DNA of 64,000 bases from the human T2T-CHM13v2.0 reference genome, Homo sapiens. A program made the position numbers and the translations under genes. The stretch lies in assembly GCF_009914755.1 (NCBI RefSeq), contig NC_060930.1; one strand, 5' to 3'. Below the pieces are notes generated by a model, which saw nothing but the letters and a program-made list of their open reading frames with translations, searched no databases and was not told the origin of the DNA. Positions 32,560-44,944 of this stretch are shown piece after piece (position 1 is the first letter of the stretch; every line of letters starts with the position of its first letter).

Positions 32560-34519
32560 ATGAGGCCTATAAAATGATGAGCCTTCCAGGATATATTTTG
32601 AAGTGGTTACAAACAAGGGGTAAAAAATAGTATATTTGATGTAAGATACTTTCTTTGAGTGTGGAAGAAAAAGGAAAAATGGATTTGGTAAATTTGCAAA
32701 AAAAAAGAAACTAAGGAAGATTAAAAAAAACTGATGAAAGTAGCTATTTGTAGGGAATGTGTGTGCTTGGAGGGGGTATAAGTGTAGTTTCTCACTCACA
32801 CAGGAGTTATATTTGAAAGGATAGGCACAATGTGGGAAAGCATCACGAAGGGAAGTCAGACTTCTATCTGAAACATTTTTTAAGTTGTTTCCATATTTAA
32901 ATAAAAATACATGATCTTTTAAAAAATTACTCAAAACTCTAAAAACACCTAAAATTGAATACAAAATATTCAAAACATATAATAAAATGGTAAGACAAAT
33001 GCATAGAAAAAAACTCATATTAAATGCTTTCACAATAAATTTACTTCATTTAAACTGAGAAAAAAACCCCACTGGAATAGAAAACAACTTTGTCCATACA
33101 CATTTAGAAGAATGATGTTTAGGATAAGAAATAACAAAATTAAATTTACTAAGTAATTTTTGTTAAAAGTAGGGTTTTTCTTTTTTTTTTAAAAAAAGTA
33201 GTATTGCTAAAGAAGTTTTATTTGTTAATATTTTGAAACTAGTTTCTTTTCATCGAGGGACTATATAATTAAGAAATTGTGTTAATGATGTTAAGAATCA
33301 AGATTTTTTGGTTAAGAAAAAAGAAATACAATAAGAAATTAGAGAAATGGAGAAAAATACTAAGATGTTAACATTGAATTGAAAGTACCAACATAAACCA
33401 ATGGGTTTTGAAAATCCCTGTCATCTAGCTTTTTCCAGAAAAAGGGCCTGGAAGCAACATTGATCCAATAAAGTTGAGGGCCCATAGAGACCAGAGTTTG
33501 TTTTAAAATATGATTTTCCACCTAAGGAATTAGGCTTTTTTCAGAAATGAGTGATTCCAGTTCTAGGACAAGGAAGGTACAAGGCAAACCTGTAGTTTCT
33601 TATATCCATTTGTATCCACTCCTAGATATCTAACCACAAGAAATGAAACATATGTCCTCAAAAAAGGACTTCTTCATAGATGCTCTATTTATAACAGCAA
33701 AAAAAGGACTTCTTAATAGATGTTTTATTTATGACAGCTAAGACAACTAAAATCTAGGTTATTTTGCTCAGTATAATGTCAAGTGTATTGCTGCACATGT
33801 CAGTCATTTTGTTACTTTTTATTGGCAAGTAGTATTCCATTATATGAACATAACACAGTTTACCTAGTCACCTTTGGATGTTTTGTCAGATAAGCAGAAT
33901 TAATTTAAGTAATGTAGATCCACAGTACCTGATTCCATTTACATGGCATTCTAACATAGTCAAAAGTAATTTAAAGGGAAAAAGATCAGAAAAGGGGTTG
34001 TGTAGAATTGATTGGAAAGGAACATGAGGGTACTCTCTAGGGTTGTTGAATATGTTTAATAACTTGAGAGGTGTAAGGACTAAGTATCTGTATACATTTC
34101 TCAGAACTCACGGAATTATACTCTTAAAAATTTGCATTGCCCTTTATGTAAATTTTACCTTTATAAAGGAACTATAAACACATAGCAATCCCTAATTAGT
34201 AGGTTTGCTTTTTTCACAGTAGTATGTATTAGCAACTCTGAAAGACCTGTGTTTTTTAGGCTTGAACAAATGAGAAACAAATTGAGAATAAAGAGAGATA
34301 GGTTTCTCACTGTTGGAAAAGGAAAGTACAAAATCAAAATGGGGGAAGACTAGTATACACTCTACCTTGTTGGGCTCTATGTTATATGTGTAGAATATAT
34401 ACTATGTATTATTGAATGGAAACTATAAATATCCATATCAATTTATAGTTTTTAATAAAATATAGAGAAAAAAATCTACCTAGATGAGTGTGTATGTGTC
34501 TGTCTGTGTTTATATTATG
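32560..34519 (+). mobile_element. Old L1M (MC/MD/ME-like) fragments
   Basis: L1 3'UTR-like motifs (agaaatgagtgattccagttctaggacaaggaaggtacaag, tgattccatttacatggcattcta). Contains a local inversion. Confidence 0.55.
33661..33740. repeat. 40-bp imperfect tandem duplication
   Basis: aaaaaggacttctt(c/a)atagatg(c/t)t(c/t)tatttat(a/g)acagc at 33661 and 33701. Confidence 0.88.
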
Positions 34520-35269
34520 TGTAGTGGCTCTATCCACTACACTTTCTCCAAGCTGGAATTATGTTTCTCACAATTTTCTTTTATGAACGTTTACGACAAG
34601 GTCAGCCAGTGGAAAAGCTGAGTGGGATTTGAAAAGCAGAAATGGAATAGTAAGCATTTTTATTTCTTAAAGGTAACTTAGGGCAGGGATGTTGTGGCTC
34701 ACTCACATTGTCGCTGACCTCACCTTGTTTGTATGACGGGTGCAAATCTAGCCTCTGCCAGATCTCCTCCACCTGTTTCTCCTATTCCTGAGGAAGAGGT
34801 GTGTGCTTCTCCATGTTGAAGAGCACCCATTGATTATTCAGGGCACCCAATTGCCAAGGTTGGGGATGGGAAAAGAAAGAGGAGTTATGTTCTTGGTCTC
34901 CCCTACTCCATACCTATCTTCCTTCCCCAGTTACTAGCCCTGATGACTACACGCCCAACACCAGATGCAGAAGGTACAGACTTATATAAACAGTTTACCT
35001 GCTCCCAAGATTGTTTAAGATTGAATTTCTGTATTGATTTCTTTATTGTACATTACTTAAATTAATTCTGCTTATCTGACAAAACACTTACTGATAATCT
35101 GGTATTAGAAACAGTTCCAGAGGAACAAACTTTAGGAATAAGTTCCTTGGATTGCTTTTGGGTTATCTGAAATTGGAGCTCCGATTGGACTGGATTTAAA
35201 GGCTTTGCTGACCATATTTTCAGTGGGAAAGGGGACACTGTTGGTCCCTGACAAGCAATGGCAGCACAG

Positions 35270-35572
35270 TTATTTATTTATTTGTTTATTTATTCATTTA
35301 AAGACAGGTTCTTGCTCTGTTGCCTAGGCTAGAGTGCACTGGCCTGACCATGGCTCACTGCAGCCTTGACCTGCAGGCTCAAGAGATTCCCCCACCTCAG
35401 CTTCACAGGTAGCTGGGACTGCAGGCATGTGCCATCACACTTGGCTAATTTTTGATTTTGTGTGGAGATGAGGTCTTACTATGCTGCCCAGGCTGGTCTC
35501 AAACTCCTGATTTCAAGCAATTCTCCCACCTTGGCCTCCCAAAGTGCTGTGATTACAGGAATGAGCCACCAC
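35270..35572 (-). mobile_element. AluJ nested in the ERVL
   Basis: catggctcactgcagccttgacct...ggtcttactatgctgcccaggctggtctcaaactcctg, with a (TTTA)n tail. Confidence 0.9.
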
Positions 35573-36782
35573 TTGTAGGTAATTGTCAGACAAAGTGCCT
35601 ATAGAAGGCAAAGTTTTAGGTGATTGTGTAGTTCCTGCCCTAGAATATTTTTGTTAAAATAAGTAGTCTAATGGGTTTGTTTGGTTGCTTCTCAGTGCAC
35701 GGGAGAGCTTGGAGAATAACAATAAGCAGATCACAGCCTTAAATTCTCAACTCAGTAATGTGAAAAACCTGAAAGCTTCTATGACGTCCCCAGTGTAAGC
35801 CCTTTTGTCTATAGCCACAGGGCTGAAATATAAAAAACAAACAAACAAACCTGAAGTTTAATCCTTTGGACAGCTAAATTATAATGCTAACCTAATTCTC
35901 ATATTAGCTGGGTTTCTTTTGTAATATATTATGAAAAAGGGGAACCCCGAAAATGGAATAAGATGAAAGAACCAATGCAGATGGACCTGGAGACTTTGAA
36001 CATGTACATTTTCCTAAGGACACTGAGGTGGTTAGTTTCTCCTTGACTGAAGAATCCTTACTGGTCTCCCCTGAGGTAACATTTCAGGGGATGGCTGATC
36101 CTCCTCAGAACATATCCTCCCCCAGCTTTCATTGCTTCCAGGGCTACAATGAGATTTGAGTCTTGTCAGGCCCCTGAGGATAAGTTAAATAGCATGACCC
36201 ACGAAGAAGTAAAATGCACATCAAAAGGCTGACAATATTTTGCCAATGTATACTGACAGAAACCTAGGTGACATGTCTGGGAATGTAACCTAAGTGCATT
36301 GTTTCAGGGCTGTCAGAAGAAATAAAATGTTGGGCTATGATGAATTCATTAATATGGCTTTATGAAACAGAGACTCTGGATGTAATGTGTTAGTGTTAAT
36401 GGTTGATATGACTCTAACAGTATGCTTTATGTGTTGACAGAACCCTGGAAAACAGGTGACCTACACTAAATGAAGATAAAATGCCACTATTTATTGGTAT
36501 ACTGTAGAAGAAAGAATCTAAAGGCTTACGGACATCAGAACGTTAGAATAAACTTAACATGGAAGACCTGCTCCTCCACTCTCTGTCTCCCAGAGGAAGT
36601 TCCAGGTAACATTACCTTCACCAAGGCTGTGAAAAATATGCTTGATTTGGGAACCCTGATATCGAAGATCCAAGACATCTTTGGTGTTGTCTAATTTATC
36701 GTAGCATCAACAGAACCGCAATAGAAAGGCATTCCTATTAAGGTCTTATTTGAATTGCATCAACAAAAAGTTTTAGGTCTGG

Positions 36783-37245
36783 CATGGTAGACTGACTAAT
36801 GGACCCTCCCAAAGGTGTCCATGTCCGAATCACTGGAACCTGTGAATTTTACCTTATATGGAAAATAGGACTTTGCAGGTGCGATCAAGTTTAGGGTCTT
36901 AAGATGGGGAAATCATCTGGATTATATGAATAGGTGTGATGTGATCACAAGAGTCCTTGTAAGAGGGAAGCAAGAGATCAGATTGGATAATAAGAGATAT
37001 GACAATGGAAGAAAGAGGTTGAAATGCTACAAGGAAAGTGCCACAAGACAAAGAAAGCAGGTACCTCTAAAAGCTGGAAAAGGCAAGGAAACAGATTATC
37101 TCCTAAAGCCTGCAGAATGAATGCAGCCCTGCTGACACCTTGATTTTAGACTTCTGACCTCCAGAACTATAAGAGAATAAATAAATGTGTTTTAAGCAAC
37201 TAAGCTTATGGTTATTTGTTATAGCAGCAATGGGGAACTAATATA
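36783..37245 (+). mobile_element. MLT1C/D solo LTR nested in the ERVL
   Basis: ggaacctgtgaa...aggactttgcaggtg...cagccctgctgacaccttgattttagacttctgacctccagaact...aactaatata. TSD tctgg/cctgg. Confidence 0.88.
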
Positions 37246-37439
37246 CCTGGTGAACAGAAGTCTGACTTGAATTAACACCACAGAGAATCACTGCCCTCAA
37301 TCATGTCCAAGACTTGAGCCAGTTATAGGCTCAGAGCCCTTTGAATGAAAATGAGGACAGATTCCTATGAGGAAGGACCCTGTTACATAGCCACACATGT
37401 ATACTATACATCTTTCTTTTAGCCTTTCCAAAGAGACTT

Positions 37440-38062
37440 TTGGACATTTACCAGGATGAGTATGCACTGGGAGATGAGAAATACTCAAAGGTTTCAGGGA
37501 TTACTGGACACTGTGTCTGAAGTAATACTAATTTCTAGAATCCAGGGACACTGTGGTCCACCAGTCAGTGTAGAAGCTTATGGATATCAAGTTTATGGAG
37601 TTTTGTCTTGGGTTCATCTCACAGTGGGCTCAATGGTTTCACAAAACCACCTGCCTGCCCCTCTTCCCTAGTTGAGAAATGAATATTTGAAAACAAATAT
37701 ACTCAGCAACTGGCAAAAACTCCAAAGTGGTTACCTGGCTTGAGCAATTGTGGTAGAAAGGATAAACTGGAAGCCATGAGAGAGTTCTATTTACAGAAAG
37801 CAATGCCCCGTTTCTAAAGGGACTGCAGAAATTAGCATCATCATCAAAGACTTGAAAGATTCAGGAGGTAGTGATTCCCACTTCATCCCACTCAGCTCAC
37901 CTATTTGACTTGCAAACGACAGATGGATCTTGGAAAATGACAGTGATTATTGCAACTTAATCACATGGTAACTCTAATTGCAGTTGTAGGAAATCAACAC
38001 AATGCAGCTATTGATCTGGAAAATGCTTTTTTTCTCTTTGCTCTTTAATAAAGACCATCAGA
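37440..38062 (+). pseudogene. Degenerate ERVL protease and reverse-transcriptase N-terminus
   Basis: ORF 37456-37671 reads HW..NTQRFQGLLDTVSEVILI..HCGPPVSVEAYG, matching the HERV-L protease region (LLDTGSE). Downstream frames give AEISIIIKDLKDSG, TDGSWKMTV and AAIDLENAFFS. Confidence 0.85.
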
Positions 38063-38627
38063 TGCAGTGTTTACTGGGTCAACTTAGCTAAATTGGAGCT
38101 ACATTTCCCCCAATATCCCTCTTTAAATGTCTTAGCTAGGATTGGCCACAGAGATACTTATGTGTGATCTGAAAATTCAGTGTAGGGCACAGATGATTAC
38201 AGTTCATACATGTGGCTGTTGATTTAATGGCAGAAGCAAGGATGCACTGAGGGAGGCAGCAGCCAGGCTGGCAGCAGCTACACCTTCTACTGCATCTGCT
38301 CTTTACCTTTTCTCAATCCTGGGTCAGGTAAATGTGCAGCTCCATGGTTTGAGCACCAGATTTTTCTGCCTCATCACTTTAGAGGCAGTGACAGACAGAT
38401 GCAGTTCCAGATTGTCCAGATTTATTATAGTTTTCTTTGGTCTTCCCCTGTCTTCCTCACTTCACATTCATTTCTCATTACCAGTCTTGCCTGGAGCTGG
38501 ATGCTCAAGCAACAGATTTATATAAATTCTCTGAGCATCTCCTATGACTGTGTAAAATCTAATCTCTAATATACATCCTTGATTCTAGATGATGCATAAT
38601 GGGTTTTCTTCCTTGATCAAATCCTGA

Positions 38628-38630
<3 letters not shown>

Positions 38631-38676
<46 letters not shown>
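38631..38676. repeat. (TG)23 microsatellite
   Basis: Uninterrupted TG run. Confidence 0.97.
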
Positions 38677-38677
<1 letters not shown>

Positions 38678-39890
38678 TTTCCTCGCTCTGTTCACTGAGT
38701 ACCTAGAAGCAATAGTACCCAAGAAACAATGAGTATTTCTATTAATCAGAAATTGGTTTCTAAATACCATTCTTTACTAATAGGAACTAGGGCCCCTTTG
38801 AGAAAAGGACTGAAACATATTCTTGTACCATAAATTAAGGAAGTACTCAAAGAATGATGGCAAATGAATAAGAGAGCCAGCCTGAAGATGCTCCTATTGG
38901 TTAAAGCTGGGATAATTTGGCCATAAGAATAAGTCATAATAATAATGGATTATATAATCCATTAAATAGAATTAAAATCCATGAATCCATAGTAATATAA
39001 ATAAATTTTAAAAAGCAAAGGGAAATCTTTTCCTTCTAGCAGAATGACAACTAATAAATAAAGGAAGAATAACGGGATTAGAAAATTTAGTGCACAGCAC
39101 AATGAGTGGGTAAAGACTGGATGAGAAACAGGATATTTGCATAGCCTCAGATTGCCTGTCCCAAATTATGTACTAAATACAAATGGAAAAAATATTAACA
39201 TTACAATAGAGAAACCTGGCAGTAACCATCTTGAACAGTGATCAAAGTCAGTTTCACCACCATTAGGCAAACCAACAATATGTCTCTTATAATATACTGC
39301 ATTCACAAGAACACAAACTCACTTCAGTGATATTTATGCCAAACAAGAATATTTAATTATGATGAAATATCAGATACACCCAGATTGGAGGACAGTTATT
39401 TGGACAAAATAACTGGTCCATACGCTTCACATATATCAAAGTCCAAAAAGCCAGGGAAAAGTTGAAAACCAGTTTCAGATTCAGAAAGACTAAACTACAT
39501 GAAAACTCAATGCAATGAATGATCCTGGATTAGATTCTAGGCTGAGAAAACAACAGCTATAAGAACTTATTGGGACAATTGGCAGCCTGAATACTGACTG
39601 TGGATTAGATAATTCTATTGCATTAATATTAATTTCCTGGTTTTGATAAACTGTCATATTAGTGAATATATTTTTATTAGAAAACACATAATGAATTATT
39701 TAGCTGTAAAGGGGCATGATGACTCCAGCTTACTATCAAATGGTTCAGAAAAAAACATATTTTAGGGGAACTGGTAAAGCAAATTAGACAAAATGTAAAT
39801 AATTGTAGAATCTCAATAAAGAATATATGAAAGTTGGGTGCCTTATTAAGTTCTCTGTAAACTTGAAATAATATTAAAAATCTGTTAAAA
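38677..39890 (+). mobile_element. L1MC/MD-like 3'UTR
   Basis: ttggtttctaaataccattc...gagaaacctggcagtaaccatcttgaacagtgatcaaagt...gatcctggattagattct. Confidence 0.7.
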
Positions 39891-39894
39891 AACA

Positions 39895-40408
39895 TTCTGT
39901 TTCTGTAAAACAACCACAAAAATGGATGACTTAAAACAAAAACATTTATTTTGCTTATGAATCTTCAATGTGGATAGAGCTCAGTGGGGACATCTTCTTA
40001 CTGCTTCCCTCAGAGTCAGCTGGGTCATCTGAAAGGCTGGAGGCTGAAATAACTGGTGGCTCCTTCACTCATATGTCTGACTGTCAGCTGTGACTTCACC
40101 TGGGGCTGTGACCAGAAACTACATGTAACTGTTCAATGTTTGCTTGCCTTCCCCATAGGCTTATGGGGCCACATCTCAAGGGCAAACATCCCTTGAGGAT
40201 CAGGCAGCAGCTAAGTTGTCTTTTCTAAGTTAGCCTAGCAAGTAGTATTGTGTCACTTCTGCTGTAGTCATAGTCCCAGCCACATTTAAGTGGGAGGGAA
40301 TGCAGAATGCACCTCTTGTTGAAGGAATGCCAATGTTACATTGAAGAAAGAGCATCCAGGTACGGGATAAACTGTTGTGACCATTTTCAGAAAACACAAT
40401 TTGCCACA
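39895..40408 (-). mobile_element. MLT1 (F/G/H-like) solo LTR
   Basis: gacttaaaacaaaaacatttattttgcttatgaatct...agctcagtggggaca...aaaacacaatttgccaca. Confidence 0.75.
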
Positions 40409-40438
40409 TACACACACACAGACAAAACAACCAAGTAC

Positions 40439-40565
40439 AGGAAGGAAGGAAGGAAGGAAGGAAGGAAGGAAGGGAGGGAGGGAGGGAGGGAGGGAGGGAG
40501 GGAAGGAGGGAGACAGGGAGGGAAGGAGGGAGGGAAGGAGGGAGGGAAGGAGGGAGGGAGGGAGA
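40439..40565. repeat. (GGAA)8-(GGGA)8 compound polypurine microsatellite
   Basis: GGAA x8 at 40440-40471, GGGA x8 at 40472-40503, then mixed purine repeats. Confidence 0.95.
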
Positions 40566-41991
40566 TGGATCCCATTTAAAAAGACAAAGGAACTTAGAGC
40601 AGGGGAAATACAATTTTAGGAGTTTGAAGTACATCAAATCAATTATAATTTATGAATAAAATGATAGTTATGTAAGAGAAAACCAGAAAATCTTACACAA
40701 CATACTGTGAATAAACTATTAAACCCATCCTGCAAATTGGTAACTAAAGGGTTAAGAAATAAGTATTTATGCTACTTTTCCAGCAGGATCTGATTTTAAA
40801 AATAAAGGGTGACCCATATTGATGAGGAAAAGCTCCACTTTGCCAAAAAAAAAAAAATGCCAGTTTTAATGTAGATGAAATAATAGAATTTAAAAATCAA
40901 CATCCTTCAACTCCTAGTGAAGTGTTTGGCACAGTCATGGTTACTATATGGTGTTAACACCAGTAGGTTTGTAATTAGTTTAAACTGGACATTAACATAA
41001 TGGTAAAGTAGCATCATGCTAGATTATTGTCTGTTTCTTAAAAGAAAGACATAAATGCAAAATGGAGGTATCAGGTTGTTGTCATCCTAATCCAGTGCTG
41101 AAATTTAACTCAAGTAATGCTGGATTATCCAGATCAGGTACCCCTTGGTATGGGGAAATATGAAGTATATCACATCATTTATGTTGGATTCCAAATAAAA
41201 AATATAATTGGCAGTTTATGAGAAATACAGGAATTGGAGAAACAAGTTAAATGAAATCATGAAGAAACAACTTGACAAATCTGGGAGACGAGATATACTG
41301 CAGTATATCCCTGGCTGGGTCCTTCAAAATATCTGTGTCACAAAGTGGACTACTCAGCTAACTGCTTAGTCTAAACTACCATTATCCCTCAACAGGTAAG
41401 TGACTTCCCAAACAAAACAAAACAAAAAAACAGTGGTGGTGCAGTCATGCTAGGTTAAAAGATATTAAGAGACAGAATATCTAGATTCCAGTTATGATTC
41501 TGAATTGCATTCTGGTTTGCACAAGCCAAATTTAAAGCACATATTTAGGACACCAAGGAAAACCGGAATACAGAATTGCAATTACATAAGAAGAAACATA
41601 AGGACCTTGTAGGTTAGAGATCATGAACTGAAAAAAACAGATTACAAATAGCACTTGTAGTATAACCTTATTTTGATACACATATATGTATTTGCATATA
41701 ATATTATTTTTACACATGTTGTTTGTATGTTCTAGCTTTCTACAATGTACTTTACTAATTTTATGATAAAATTTAAAATACGTAAGTAATACAAAGTAGG
41801 CTTACAAAGAAGTGGACAAAGTTCAAAAGGTGTTTAGAGATCAGCTTAAGCAGGATAGGGTGAAAAATGAATTTATGTGGGGTTTTGGGAAGAAAGACCA
41901 ATGGTGCCCTTTAGATTTATGCTTTGAGCAGAGGGGCACTTGGCAATATTACTGACCGGGGAAGAAGTGGACGTTTGAGTGTGAAGGTCAT

Positions 41992-42794
<803 letters not shown>

Positions 42795-43449
42795 GGTCAT
42801 TACTTCAGTTTTGCATATATTAGATTTGAGAACTCTGTGATATATCCAGGTAGAAATGTCAGAGAGGCACTTGGATAGTAATAATAATAATAATAATAAT
42901 AGTAATTCCCAAATAAGACCTGTGGCCCAGTTCACTCCATAGTGTTGTGGGTAAAAAGTCATAGTTCAATGGCCACCAATAATTTTAAGATAGTCTAGTC
43001 TTTATTACTCCTTTTAACACCAGAAGGTACTAATTCAAAATGCAAAGGTATTTTTAAAAATCCCCCTTTCTCTCCTGTCATTATTCTTATACCCTGCAGC
43101 TATTCAGAATCCTTTCCTTCTCTTAATCTCTCACTTTGTAAAAAAAACAGACAAACTCTCTTAGACCCAACTCCACCAAATGTATGCAGCTCCTTTTTCT
43201 CTCACAATTACAACACCTTATTCAGTGTGAATAGTCTCCATCACCTACTTCCCTCTGCATTGTTAAAAGCCCTCCTAAAAAGAGTTTCAGGGATCCTAGG
43301 GTAATAGAGGTTGCTCTCTGTGTCTTCTGAACCCTTTGTTCATCTTCCTAGGCAGGACAGCATCTCTCTTTCACTATAAATGGATTTTCTTATTCTAGGT
43401 GAATTTGTAGAGATTTTATGATGAAGAAATTATTTATTACAAAAGTTAC

Positions 43450-43630
43450 TATTTATAATAAATACTTACTACAGGCCAAGCATTGTACTAAGTGCTTTAC
43501 ATATATTACTTCACATTTAAAACAACTATTTAGTGTTACTCATCTCATTTTTGAAGGAGAAAATCAAGCTTACGAGAAGTTAGATCTTTCAAAATGTGAC
43601 TGGTGAACTAGGAATTGAGCTCAAGTTTTT
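43450..43630 (-). mobile_element. MIR fragment
   Basis: aagcattgtactaagtgctttacatatattacttcacatttaa...catctcatttttgaaggagaaaatcaagct. Confidence 0.7.
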
Positions 43631-44820
43631 CTTTTGCCTAAATTTAGTATAATCATCGTGCTCACTGCTTAATCCAAACTACCATTATCCCTCAACTAAT
43701 AAGAGGCTTCCAAGAATATTCAGCTCAGCTGTTCACTCCAGCAAATTTCTTCCTGACATCTAAGAATACTTTTTCTCTCATCTGTAGGTATGGAGCCCAG
43801 GAGTAAGAGAATGTATAAAAGAACAGATGAACAGATTTGAGGTAGGTTGGCAAGAAGGCAGTAATTGAAAAATTAAGGATTGGCTGAGGTATCTTAGGGC
43901 AAGAAAATAAACCCAAAATACACAGACAAAGCAATATAAACATTAAAAGATCTGGTAGAGGAAAAGATATTGGCAAAGCTACCTGGAAAAGACACATCAA
44001 GGAAGCCACAGAGTTTCATCAAAGAGGAAATGATATAGCAATATACAGACTGAAAATATGCATTTGGATGGTTTCTATCAGCACCATTGGTGACATGTAA
44101 ACAGCATTTCTGTTGAAGGAATGGACCAAAAACCACATAGGCGTAACACACCTCCATGACCTCCTTCAGTCTCCCAACATAACACTATTCTACTAAGCAT
44201 ATAGATCTTTTCAGATAGGTGGAGAAATCTTTGCAGGGAGCTCCCAATTAGATCGCATACACATGAAAATTGCAAAGGGATTTCTATAAAACATAAACTG
44301 TGTTGCAAAATATCATTAATTATGTAATCAGGACAAAGTTGAATAGAATTTGAAAAATAAAACTATTATAAACAACTGGATGCAATCACTCTCTTACCAT
44401 GAAGACTTTGGAGGTATATATACACAATAAAATCTCACAAAAATGACAGCTTGGTGTTGCCAAATGAACTTAAGAGAAACAGGAGCTAATTGAAAAAAAA
44501 AAAACCCTCATTTATATGTTCCATATAAACCAGGGGACATTATACACACATGTGTGTGTGACAGTGTGTGTTTGTGTTTGTGCATGTGTGTGTGGGTGTA
44601 TCCATGTATATTGATGAAAATTTTATAGGGAAGAAACATAAGATAATAAAAATAAATTCTATGGGGAAGAAAATGTTTAGCATTTCTTTGCAATTTGCCA
44701 GATGTTTCCTGAAAATTTGTCCTCTTCCCATCTCTGTCAAGTTAATCATTTCCAGGGGGCCAAGCTCCAATGAAAAGTGAAATTAACTTCCAGAGACAAT
44801 TGCATTGAAAAAATAACAGC

Positions 44821-44868
44821 AATCACTCATATTAACATTACGAGTAATCACTCATATTAACATTACGA
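44821..44868. repeat. 25-bp-period tandem duplication
   Basis: aatcactcatattaacattacga at 44821 and 44846. Confidence 0.9.
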
Positions 44869-44910
44869 TCATAACAATACTACTAATTTTAAAGCATATT
44901 TTTTATTCAG

Positions 44911-44944
44911 AACTATTGAATATTGAGGTAGATTGAATGGCGAG
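44911..44944 (+). other. Candidate 34-nt non-coding or poison micro-exon
   Basis: Branch point TACTAAT at 44881, acceptor ttttttattcAG, donor GAG|GTAAGT. Stops in all three frames. Confidence 0.35.

Larger units (their letters stand above)
34520..38632 (+). mobile_element. Internally deleted ERVL provirus: 5' LTR about 34520-35097, gag-pro-5'pol relic, 3' LTR about 38063-38632 (LTR52-like)
   Basis: Two related LTRs (agctggaattatgtttctca versus aattggagctacatttccc) flank ERVL-like internal sequence with protease and RT N-terminal remnants. The host L1M resumes after 38676. Confidence 0.8.

Noticed and set aside
32533-33033. 166-aa hydrophobic minus-strand ORF
   Set aside because: Antisense reading of A-rich degenerate L1-like DNA. 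The F/L/I bias follows from base composition, and there is no motif.
40230-40637. PPSL-rich and GREG-rich ORFs
   Set aside because: Translation of the GGAA/GGGA microsatellite.
43725-44308. Three overlapping minus-strand ORFs in unique sequence
   Set aside because: No recognisable domain, no convincing paired splice sites, and a T-rich compositional bias.
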